Virus record (IMG/VR): IMGVR_UViG_3300027984_000004
Length of the DNA stretch: 20,000 nucleotides
Source: an uncultured virus (IMG/VR IMGVR_UViG_3300027984_000004)
Lineage: Duplodnaviria > Heunggongvirae > Uroviricota > Caudoviricetes
Direction: 5' to 3' (one strand)
The notes under the pieces were generated by a model. The model did no database searches. It was not told the DNA's origin and worked only from the letters and a program-made list of their open reading frames with translations. This document shows positions 1-8,108 of the stretch, in pieces. Positions within the stretch are counted from its first letter, which is position 1; the number at the start of each line of letters is the position of its first letter. Both the position numbers and the translations under genes were made by a program.

Positions 1-1
1 C

Positions 2-820
2 ACCCAAGTAATCCACGTAATGAATTAAACTATCTGGTAGATAATCTTTATGTCTCCATATAATCCATCCCAATCCCGGATATACAAGTCCGTATTTATG
101 ACCTGATGTATTTATCGAAACAACATTCCTCAAGCGGAAATCCCACAACAGATCAGGATGCAAGAAAGGAGAAATCATACCTCCACTAGCCGCATCAATA
201 TGGATAGAAACATCTATTCCTGCACGTATACTAATAGCATTAAGCATTTGCGATATATTTAAAATATCATCAAATTGACCTGTATATGTGATTCCTAGTA
301 TGGCAACAACACCAATCGTGTTTTTATCTATCAATGGCAATACTCCATAGCCATCTAAAACTTTATGATGTTCAAGTATTGGTGCGCAACGCGGTTCCAC
401 ATCAAAATAATTACAAAATTTTTGCCAACAAACATGCGTCGCGCTTGAAATTATAATGTTAGGCTTTCCCTTGCCACCATTTTCTTCCCAACGACGTTTC
501 ATAGCTAAACCAGCCATCATACACGCCTCGGAAGAACCAATAGTTGAACATCCTATTGCATTATCAACATCTGGACAATTCCACAAATCAGCCAATATCC
601 TCCAGCATTCATTCTCAATAGCTGTAGTTTGTGGATTTTCTGATTTATCAATAGCGTTTTTCCCAAACGTCTCATAATATAGACGATTAGCCCATTCATC
701 CATTTCGGCGGTCACAAATGATTCTACATTCTTACGAGGATTTGAATCTTCCTTTAATCGTTTGGCTATTGTTTCGTATGCTGATTCTGGTGATGTTGGA
801 TATTTGAATAATTTATCCAT
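2..820 (-). CDS. gadB: Glutamate decarboxylase (group II PLP-dependent decarboxylase), 3' end outside the window
   Basis: Not in the ORF track; hand translation from ATG 820 is open to the window edge: MDKLFKYP...KNAIDKSE...STIGSSEACMMAGLAMKRRW...HVCWQKF...HIDAASGG...WDFRL..VVSINTSGHKYGLVYPGLGW...VDYLG. These match GadA/B hallmark motifs including the PLP lysine (SGHK). Confidence 0.93.
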   Translation of the reverse strand, partial: MDKLFKYPTSPESAYETIAKRLKEDSNPRKNVESFVTAEMDEWANRLYYETFGKNAIDKSENPQTTAIENECWRILADLWNCPDVDNAIGCSTIGSSEACMMAGLAMKRRWEENGGKGKPNIIISSATHVCWQKFCNYFDVEPRCAPILEHHKVLDGYGVLPLIDKNTIGVVAILGITYTGQFDDILNISQMLNAISIRAGIDVSIHIDAASGGMISPFLHPDLLWDFRLRNVVSINTSGHKYGLVYPGLGWIIWRHKDYLPDSLIHYVDYLG

Positions 821-1179
821 TAACTAAATCCATCTGATAAATATATTTCTGTTAACTCTTGCCAAATCTTAGCACCATCTACAATGGCATCACGTAAAAA
901 TGGACGCTCTTTCATACGACTAGTTCCGTCGTGAACCCACGGGCCATATTCCATATTTGTACCTATAGCAACATAATTTTCAATAGGATATTCCGGCGCT
1001 GATGTTATTGAGCGCATTAAATCTCCGGTTATACGTATTGGCCGTCCATATTTATTTTCCATGTAGTCAACTGTTTTTTCTACAGCGGCTTCTCCAATAG
1101 CAACTAGTGCTTTATGCTTATTACCTTTAAATCTATTTAATACTTCTACTTTATAATTAACTATTATTACACTACTCAT
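820..1179 (-). CDS. HK97 gp10-like phage protein (minor capsid/tail-completion family)
   Basis: IGTNMEYGPWVHDGTSRMKERPFLRDAI resembles the family signature GTNxEYAxxVExGT...RPFL. ATG 1179 overlaps the upstream stop (ATGAGTAG) and is more likely than the track start at 1242. Confidence 0.8.
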   Translation of the reverse strand: MSSVIIVNYKVEVLNRFKGNKHKALVAIGEAAVEKTVDYMENKYGRPIRITGDLMRSITSAPEYPIENYVAIGTNMEYGPWVHDGTSRMKERPFLRDAIVDGAKIWQELTEIYLSDGFS

Positions 1180-2122
1180 TTTGCATAGCCTTTGCAATAC
1201 CTTTTGCTCTCTTGGCTTCAACTTCCAGACAATAGCGTTCAAATGATTTAGATTGCGCCCACGCTCTATGTGCTTGTAATGCAGGACTAACTGATTGAAC
1301 CATAGGCTTACTAACGCAAAAACAATTTATGAGATTAGCCGCTGTAGAACCACTACCATTTTGATCACCCGGAAACTTTAGTCCATTCGCAAATTCCTCA
1401 CCCACATCAACTATTTGTAGATGCGTCAATTCATGCTGTTCGCGTGTACGAACAAGCCTAGCCATCCACTGACTTTGCATAGATATCCCAAGACTTTCCG
1501 CTTCTTCATAACCCATATAACGACCTTCCGATTGGATTCTTGTCCTCTCAGTTTGCGCTACACGTCGCGCTTGTCTAAAGCTTTGTCCAGTAACATCACG
1601 TATGCGCCTAATTACTTTCTGCTGACTTTCTCCTAACATTACTGATTGCATCAACTGGTTTTGTAAACGCTGAACTATTGGCTTATTCTGTCCTAACTTT
1701 TTATATGCAAGCTTAGTAAACGGGCCCTCACTTCCCTTGACTAAAACTGCCAATTCATTACGATTATAAATATTCCAGTCTAAATCTAATCCAGACTGCC
1801 TATTAATAGAATAAGCGGCATAATCATAATTAAGCGTGTATATGCCAGTCATTTCACCTCTAATAATATCAGCCGCCGTCTGTCCAGCATCCGCTATTTC
1901 AGATGCAATTAAATTGGTCTGACGTTGCCGTCTAACCACTTCTCTAGCAAATGCCTTGCGCTTTGCATCCGGCGCGTCTGGAGGTAATGAAGCTAACTTT
2001 GCAATCCATTCTTTTTCGTTTTCAAGCGCTTTCGTCAGAGCTTCATTATAAACTGCCTCCAAGCGCTTAGACAATACCCTCATGCGGTCATCGGTCATTT
2101 TTGTTGCAATGTCAATAGCCAT
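1172..2122 (-). CDS. Phage head morphogenesis protein (SPP1 gp7 / Mu F-like)
   Basis: ARRVAQTE, W....RTR..H, GLKFPGD and INCFC motifs; lies immediately after the portal. Confidence 0.88.
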   Translation of the reverse strand: MAIDIATKMTDDRMRVLSKRLEAVYNEALTKALENEKEWIAKLASLPPDAPDAKRKAFAREVVRRQRQTNLIASEIADAGQTAADIIRGEMTGIYTLNYDYAAYSINRQSGLDLDWNIYNRNELAVLVKGSEGPFTKLAYKKLGQNKPIVQRLQNQLMQSVMLGESQQKVIRRIRDVTGQSFRQARRVAQTERTRIQSEGRYMGYEEAESLGISMQSQWMARLVRTREQHELTHLQIVDVGEEFANGLKFPGDQNGSGSTAANLINCFCVSKPMVQSVSPALQAHRAWAQSKSFERYCLEVEAKRAKGIAKAMQNE

Positions 2123-2124
2123 TG

Positions 2125-3789
2125 TTATCTACCAATATATTGCGCAGGAATGGATTGACCAACTAACGGCTGTATTTGTTGTGTATTTGTAGGCTGTTGT
2201 CCTTGCGCATCCTGTTGTATTTGGCCCGTCAAATCATTTATTACTGGTTCATTCGGCATAGATAAATTTTCCTCAGTCAACCTGTCTGATTCTTCTATCC
2301 CTATTTCCTCACCGTACAATAATTGTAATGCATATTCCTCAGATATCAACTGATTATTACGCAGTTCAATTATTTGTTCTGGTTTCGACGGTCTAATCTG
2401 ATCTGCCTGAATCTTAATAACTTCGCTGGACGGATCCACATCAATACCAGAATTAGATATGGCTGATTTCAGCGATAATAATCCACCGTCTTTTGCTTTA
2501 ATAGCTCTTTCCATCTGTGCGTTTTTATCTGTAGGTATATTTCGTTGAAAACCTATTATAATGTGTGTGAAATCATAATCAGTATTTTTCTTCAAGTTAA
2601 TTCTACTTGTAATTAGTTCCCACAAACGTAAATAACCTTTTTTGAATATCCTATCCACAACAGCGGCATACTGATTTAATCCATAATTTTTGAACTCAAG
2701 CGCCACTCCAGACGCATTACCTGAAAAACTAGCATCTGTCATATTGGGAACATTCGACAACATAGTTATTAATTCTTCTAATTTCTTCAATACGTCTAAA
2801 ATCCCATTGTAATCAACCTGCTTTATCAACCATTTAATGTCACCATCTTCTCGCAGAAATATAGCCTTTGCATCAAATAGTTCTTTCTCTTCCTGTTTCC
2901 ACGCCGGGTTTACCTCTCGTGCGGGATTACCAAACCTATCCACAACCATCATGCCATCAGCGCCCATTACATTTGTGAACATTGGATTATTAGGATTATA
3001 ATTCAATAATAACAACTTTGCATCGTCATTATATTGCGTCATATTCTTCAAATTGGTAATCATGTTTTCATACATATCTATTAAACCTAACACAGGTTCA
3101 TAAACAGCAATAGATGACGGATTTTCGAATGGCGTAACCGGCACGTCACCCCATAATAAATGCTTTTCAAGCATAGTTGTTTCGTTACCAGAATCATCAA
3201 AATCTACAAATTCAACCGGCATACCATCAGCAGTAAATATTCTACGAACACTGTCTGTTATTATTTCAAGTTTAATAATAACTGTTACACCATCAAGATC
3301 CAATTCTTCACTTCTCCTAAGAAATGCAATCGGATAAGGTGGCGTACCAAAATCATATACACAAATGCTATTTAAGCTATCCATCCATGCATAAGTTATC
3401 TCGTTATCTTCGCTTTCCATGACATATAAATATGCCGCTCCGGTTGTTATATAATTATGGATTAACTCAGCGAATACAGAACCGTCATCGTTGTATCTAC
3501 GGATATAGTCTATTTCCTGTTGGAAATTTTCTGATGTATCTCCTTCCATAACCGTATATGTCGGCGCTTTGCCAGATAAATAGCCTTGAACCATATGAGT
3601 TATATAATATTCAAACGGAACTGGCACATGTTCATCTTTCGCGCTCATTAATATATACGGAACATCCTTGCGGCGGAAGCGATTATATAATTCTCTTCTA
3701 AATCTCCAATAAGGTTCAGCGTATCGCAACAACATTGTTACCTTTTCTGGCGTTATACTATCAAAAAATTGTCGCTCTATCTGGATAAT
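2125..3789 (-). CDS. Phage portal protein, SPP1 gp6-like (start either ATT 3789 or ATG 3735)
   Basis: GYLSGKAP, WGDVPVTPF.N, LIDMYE, FSGNASGVALEFK, F.RNIP motifs; between TerL and the head gene; Gln-rich C-terminal tail. SD GGTGGTGA precedes an in-frame ATT at 3789. Confidence 0.92.
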   Translation of the reverse strand: MIQIERQFFDSITPEKVTMLLRYAEPYWRFRRELYNRFRRKDVPYILMSAKDEHVPVPFEYYITHMVQGYLSGKAPTYTVMEGDTSENFQQEIDYIRRYNDDGSVFAELIHNYITTGAAYLYVMESEDNEITYAWMDSLNSICVYDFGTPPYPIAFLRRSEELDLDGVTVIIKLEIITDSVRRIFTADGMPVEFVDFDDSGNETTMLEKHLLWGDVPVTPFENPSSIAVYEPVLGLIDMYENMITNLKNMTQYNDDAKLLLLNYNPNNPMFTNVMGADGMMVVDRFGNPAREVNPAWKQEEKELFDAKAIFLREDGDIKWLIKQVDYNGILDVLKKLEELITMLSNVPNMTDASFSGNASGVALEFKNYGLNQYAAVVDRIFKKGYLRLWELITSRINLKKNTDYDFTHIIIGFQRNIPTDKNAQMERAIKAKDGGLLSLKSAISNSGIDVDPSSEVIKIQADQIRPSKPEQIIELRNNQLISEEYALQLLYGEEIGIEESDRLTEENLSMPNEPVINDLTGQIQQDAQGQQPTNTQQIQPLVGQSIPAQYIGR

Positions 3790-3802
3790 GCTATATCACC
3801 AC

Positions 3803-3994
3803 CTAACATGTTGAATCGATGAATTTTACAACTTTTTTGGGCAATTTATCCAGTGATTCATATGATTCGCTTCTAGCCCTATGGGTCTTGGCAAAATAAC
3901 CATCTTTATCATGCATAATACTACACCCTGTTTTACCAAATCGCTTATTAGCAATTTCTCTTTCTTTCGCTGTTAATGAACGCTTATCTGTCAT
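3803..3994 (-). CDS. Small hypothetical phage protein
   Basis: 63-aa ORF; ATG overlaps the upstream stop (ATGA) within the packaging operon. Confidence 0.7.
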   Translation of the reverse strand: MTDKRSLTAKEREIANKRFGKTGCSIMHDKDGYFAKTHRARSESYESLDKLPKKVVKFIDSTC

Positions 3995-4062
3995 TTCTTT
4001 TTAGTTGCCTTATCAGTTTCATAACGGCAGTCCTTTGCTCCGCTCTTTTTACCTTTAGCCAT
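3991..4062 (-). CDS. 23-aa Lys-rich micropeptide (MAKGKKSGAKDCRYETDKATKKK)
   Basis: SD AGGAGG overlapping the TerL stop; its TGA overlaps the next ATG. Confidence 0.55.
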   Translation of the reverse strand: MAKGKKSGAKDCRYETDKATKKK

Positions 4063-4072
4063 GTAAATCCTC

Positions 4073-5368
4073 CTATATTTTCAAGTTTGACGTTACCATT
4101 AACGGGCCGCGCTCTATAATACGGATTAAACTGGATGCACTGTCCGCGCAATCATCGTGTTCCGCGTTTTCCGTATAATCCATAATCTCATTAAGATATT
4201 CCGGGTCTGTATCCTCCATAAAAATAATATTATTCCATGCTCTTTTTAAATACGTGCTTATCTTGACATATTTATTCATGGATTCATGGTAAGGCTCATT
4301 CGCAAATCCGCCCCGGCGACGTATCTCTTTTGCCAAATAACCTTTATCAGCGTTATCCTCAGTAGATATACTACCCCCGAAATACTGTTCTTTAATTTTT
4401 AAAAACTCATTTAAACAATTATCAATATGTGTTTTTCTTATCTTACCCAACACATATATAGTATTGCCCATTTTACGCGCTATAGTGAATGCGCTCCCGT
4501 CTTTACCTCCATATGCCGCGTCAATATGGCAAATTCCGTTATATATCTTAGTTTTGTCAGCTTCAAACCTTGGCGGCGTTGTGAACAATGCGTCCTCTGT
4601 TGCTATAAATTTTAACTCATAGTTTGCCGCAAATAATGATGGTGTCATAGATTGACGAATATCCTCTATTTCGTCCCTTGTCATCAAACCAGATTCAAAA
4701 CACGTACACTTCACTTTATTAGGCATTAACGTTGCCGCATCTTCCTTATGCCAACACGTTCCCGTATTAACTATGCGCCCACCGCGATTTTTTATATTCT
4801 GCAATTCAAAATATACTTGTCGTGTGTGATTGCGTTCTGCCGGGCTTATCCTATCACGCATATTGATTATATCATCCGTATAAACAATATCCGCATGTTT
4901 ACCAGTCAAACTACCGCCTACGCCAATGCCCAATAGTTGAACCGCACCCCGAACATGTGTAACTAAATTCGTACTGATTTCATTCTGGTTAGATTTTGTT
5001 AGTATCAACTTGCGTTCATATAGTTTAGATACAATATGCTGAATAACTTCACTTGTTAATATTTTCTTAACCTGATTGATGACCTCTACTACGTCAGCAT
5101 CAGTCTTACGTAAGAATATAATGTTATGCCTTGGGTATAGTATGATACGTAATGCAATGGCAATAGAAAGACAAGTCGTTTTATAACTACCTCTGTGGGC
5201 TTGCAATGTATAGTCTGACTTGCCGAATGTAAATTCTTTTATCCAACTGTTATGCAAAACAGTCAGTTTGTCAAACCCACACCATACACCTATTTGGCGT
5301 GGATTGTCTTTACATAAATTCAAGTAACTAATCTGCGGTTTCGTTAGTTTCATCATTGCCATTATCAT
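4073..5368 (-). CDS. terL: Terminase large subunit
   Basis: Walker A-like AHRGSYKTT, Walker B YTDDII, nuclease motifs IDAAYGG.D and HDDCADS; upstream of the portal. Confidence 0.93.
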   Translation of the reverse strand: MIMAMMKLTKPQISYLNLCKDNPRQIGVWCGFDKLTVLHNSWIKEFTFGKSDYTLQAHRGSYKTTCLSIAIALRIILYPRHNIIFLRKTDADVVEVINQVKKILTSEVIQHIVSKLYERKLILTKSNQNEISTNLVTHVRGAVQLLGIGVGGSLTGKHADIVYTDDIINMRDRISPAERNHTRQVYFELQNIKNRGGRIVNTGTCWHKEDAATLMPNKVKCTCFESGLMTRDEIEDIRQSMTPSLFAANYELKFIATEDALFTTPPRFEADKTKIYNGICHIDAAYGGKDGSAFTIARKMGNTIYVLGKIRKTHIDNCLNEFLKIKEQYFGGSISTEDNADKGYLAKEIRRRGGFANEPYHESMNKYVKISTYLKRAWNNIIFMEDTDPEYLNEIMDYTENAEHDDCADSASSLIRIIERGPLMVTSNLKI

Positions 5369-5735
5369 TAATATACGCTTCTACAGCATCTATAGTTTCC
5401 GACGTTTTCTTGGAATATTCTACCTCTTGAATATCTTTCATACCTAAAAAATTTTTTGCATGAAAAATCCATACAGCCGGATTTGATTGTGCAAGCTGAA
5501 AACCCGCTCGCCTTAATGAAATCTTTCCCCGTTGTTTCTTTTTGTCAAATACATTCGAAAAACCCATTGGTACGCCAAATTCGTCAGTATAGGTTCTTTT
5601 GCACCAATCATCTAATGTATCATAGCAACATCCCAATTCGGATTCAAATTCTAAAACTGTACATTGCAATGAGCACATTGTTTCAAAAATATTTTTATCT
5701 ATTTCCTTATGCGGTCTACCGCCCTTATTTTTCAT
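5328..5735 (-). CDS. terS: Terminase small subunit (putative)
   Basis: GGRP.KEID N-terminus, HTH-like segment, GKISLRR, IF.AKNFLG.KD; overlaps the TerL start. Confidence 0.78.
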   Translation of the reverse strand: MKNKGGRPHKEIDKNIFETMCSLQCTVLEFESELGCCYDTLDDWCKRTYTDEFGVPMGFSNVFDKKKQRGKISLRRAGFQLAQSNPAVWIFHAKNFLGMKDIQEVEYSKKTSETIDAVEAYINDNGNDETNETAD

Positions 5736-5784
5736 TTTGTTATTTCTCTACCTTTATTACATTCATAATATTTGGCAATTCAAA

Positions 5785-5841
5785 TCATCCCTCGAATTGT
5801 TTTTGGTCTATTCCCTTTTGGGGTCTACCTACTTTAGCCAA
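5785..5841 (-). pseudogene. Remnant of a second TerS N-terminus (MAKVGRPQKGIDQKQFEG*)
   Basis: SD GAGGTGA + TTG; GRPQKGIDQKQFE aligns with GRPHKEIDKNIFE of the intact TerS. Confidence 0.6.
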
Positions 5842-5848
5842 TATATAA

Positions 5849-6046
5849 TCACCTCTTTTTTACAGACTCATCCAATATCATAGGGACGCAATTATCCCGT
5901 CTTTTATCATTTGAAATAACTAGCGCCTGTTGCCATCCAAATGATTTTATACTATTGGCAACTCTGGTTATCTGTTCGTCAGGATGTTTCTTTGCGTTCT
6001 TGGAATAAGGTTTTAAATCTTTGATGGACTTTTCTATTACTTGAAT
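5849..6046 (-). pseudogene. Truncated ParB N-terminal-domain gene (65 aa)
   Basis: IQVIEKSIKDLKPYSKNAKKHPDEQITRVANSIKSFGWQQALVI aligns with the N-terminus of the 7015-7497 protein, then diverges before the IAGH.R motif; only ATT/ATA starts are available in frame. Confidence 0.72.
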
Positions 6047-6092
6047 AATATCACACCTTTTTATAAAATTTTAAATTTACGACATTAATATC

Positions 6093-7028
6093 TTATTTAT
6101 TTATCTTATATACTGCCTCATATGGCGTAATTAACTTTTTAAATGTGCCAGATTGCAATGTGCTTTTAGCGTTACGTTTTACAGCATGTGGTAATCCAAA
6201 TTTATCATCTAACATTTTATCTCTATAATGCGATATATAAATTGCTTTTGCGTTTACATTATTAATCCAATCACAAAACTCGCTAAAATCAATGCCATTG
6301 TATGCATCACAATCTGTATTCCAATATGGCGGGTCTAAATAAACTACTGCATTGAAATCATCTATTTTGATATCTTTATAATCAAGACTTGTTAATTCTA
6401 ACAATGGCTGTTGAAGCCGTTGAAGCTGTTGAAGCTGTTGAAGCTGTTGAAGCTATTGAAGCCGTTGAAGCTGTTGAAGCTGTTCAAGCTGTTGAAGCCG
6501 TTCAAGCTGTTGAAGCTGTTGTTTGTATTTTATGGATTGCTTATAATTATTCGACGTACCATATTTATTTAAAATATCAACTGCCAATTTATATTTAGTA
6601 TCCGAATCTTCCTCAGCATATAAATATGTCTTGAAATTATTTCCAAATGAATTGACCAATAATTGCAAGCATTCTAATGGAGTTAAATCCTCAACGCTTT
6701 TATCTCTAATTACATAAAATTGTTGCATTGGTATTAGCGCATCAAACATATTATATTTGCCAGAAAATATATAATCTACAATTTTTCGCATACGAACATC
6801 ATAAATATTACATATTGTATGATATCTAAATATTAAGGCTTCGGCTGTCATCGCAATGCCACCACCAAACACATCATAAAAATCAAATTTGCCTTTATTC
6901 TCAAGACGTATTAATTGAAATAATTGCCTAGACAACTTTTTCTTGGAACCCTGATATGGAAAACCAATCGGCGGGCCTTTACGATATCCTTTGATTTTTT
7001 CCAAATCAATGATATTAGTTATATTCAT
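6093..7028 (-). pseudogene. Dam/D12-class (alpha) N6-adenine DNA methyltransferase interrupted by one in-frame TAG at 6453-6455
   Basis: FPYQGSKK, motif I DVFGGG and motif IV YLDPPY; track ORFs 6453..7034 and 6093..6404 are in the same frame and separated only by that TAG. Confidence 0.85.
6408..6521 (-). repeat. 9-bp coding tandem repeat, consensus CTTCAACAG (LQQ/LER/LQR), about 12.7 copies
   Basis: Read directly; one unit is CTTCAATAG. Confidence 0.97.
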
Positions 7029-7497
7029 AACCACATGCTGGACATTTATATTTAAATTCTTTATCTAAATTAATGTTATCACCTAGATCATCTGATGCAG
7101 TTAACGGATCTGGCAACACGGATTCCGATAAGTCAAAGCCAAATGCAGACATATCAATATCAAAAATATTAGATAATTCTTCATTCAATAAATCGAAATC
7201 CCATAAAGATAATTCTGATGTTTTATTATCAGTTAAGCGATATGCCCGTATTTGTTCATCCGTTAAGTCATCAACAACAACACACGGAATAGTACTTATT
7301 TTTAATTTTTTGGCCGCTTTCACACGGGTATGACCTGCAATTATCACATTATTAGAATCAACGACAACGGGAACGCGCCATCCAAATGTCTCAATACTAG
7401 CCGCAACGGCATCCACCGCTGGATCATTCTTCCTTGGATTCTTATCATAAAACTTTAAATCATTAATTGATTTTTCATAAATCTGAATAAAAATCAC
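7015..7497 (-). CDS. ParB/sulfiredoxin N-terminal-domain protein with C-terminal CxxC
   Basis: NPRKND..V..VA.SI..FGW..PVVVD...IIAGHTR..AA, DNKTSEL..WD, CPACG; typical partner of phage MTases near terS. Confidence 0.9.
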   Translation of the reverse strand: MIFIQIYEKSINDLKFYDKNPRKNDPAVDAVAASIETFGWRVPVVVDSNNVIIAGHTRVKAAKKLKISTIPCVVVDDLTDEQIRAYRLTDNKTSELSLWDFDLLNEELSNIFDIDMSAFGFDLSESVLPDPLTASDDLGDNINLDKEFKYKCPACGYEYN

Positions 7498-7730
7498 TCT
7501 CCTATAAATGGCGCAATATGTGCAATAACCGCATTAAAACGTGCCTTTTGTGCTGGATAACAATTCCTGCCGGTATGCGTCTTATACCATGCATCCTGCA
7601 ATGCCTCGCACAACGGCGTATGGCAATTAACTGAACGTAAAAGCAATAGTTTCAATTCTTTAAAGTCCGACAAACTGAAAAGCTTCTTTTTAATACATCT
7701 TAGATAAAATTGTCTGATTTCGTCGTCCAT
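7494..7730 (-). CDS. Hypothetical protein, first gene after the promoter
   Basis: SD GGTGA + ATG (MDDEIRQF...); stop overlaps the ParB-like gene start region. Confidence 0.6.
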   Translation of the reverse strand: MDDEIRQFYLRCIKKKLFSLSDFKELKLLLLRSVNCHTPLCEALQDAWYKTHTGRNCYPAQKARFNAVIAHIAPFIGE

Positions 7731-7740
7731 AAAAATCACC

Positions 7741-7779
7741 AAATAAAAAATGCCATATATTTATATAATATGGCATTTT
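7741..7779 (-). terminator. Intrinsic terminator downstream of the pentamer array
   Basis: Perfect 12-bp inverted repeat AAAATGCCATAT (7747-7758) / ATATGGCATTTT (7768-7779), running into TTTTTTATTT on the minus strand. Confidence 0.75.
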
Positions 7780-7793
7780 GAAAATAATGTCAA
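7765..7793 (-). promoter_or_regulatory. SigmaA-type promoter for the ParB/MTase/packaging operon
   Basis: TTGACA (7793-7788), 17 bp, TATTAT (7770-7765). Confidence 0.8.
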
Positions 7794-7824
7794 TAGATAT
7801 TTCTGTTAAATTTACAAAACATAA

Positions 7825-8108
7825 ATGCATAACACAATACCTTATTTTACTTGGCTATACATTTTACGCGACATGACTGTACGTAGCTTTACTACACCAT
7901 GACTATGCATTTACATTACACGATGCCACATGACTATACATTTACACAACCCTACGCTACAATACCGTACCATACAATAACCATACGACACAGAGCACAA
8001 CTTGACTACACCATAACCATACATTATATGACTTAACATTAACTGTACTGTACTCAACTTTACGTTAGCTAACTCAACTCAACCTTACATTTACCTTACA
8101 TAATTACA
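7825..8108 (-). ncRNA. Putative guide-RNA array with 5-nt periodicity (NGY-NN repeats)
   Basis: About 54 consecutive units such as GGTTG AGTTG ... AGTAC AGTAC AGTTA ... GGTAC GGTAT TGTAG CGTAG GGTTG TGTAA; no ORF; begins right after the RAMP-like gene stop and ends before a terminator. The periodicity is observed; RNA function is inferred. Confidence 0.75.

Noticed and set aside
456..677. Plus-strand ORF, and the other plus-strand ORFs in the track
   Set aside because: All lie antisense to well-supported minus-strand genes and show no recognisable motifs.
6453..6455. Genome-wide TAG-to-Gln recoding (code 15)
   Set aside because: TAG ends several genes at sensible positions (1172, 3803, 4073, 13883, 15293, 18166) and long genes are not fragmented; only this one internal TAG was seen.
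6389..6598. Plus-strand ORF with AVE repeats
   Set aside because: Antisense shadow of the MTase 9-bp repeat.
7825..8108. Canonical CRISPR array or simple microsatellite
   Set aside because: No 25-40 bp identical repeats with spacers; only 2 of every 5 positions are conserved, too variable for a microsatellite.
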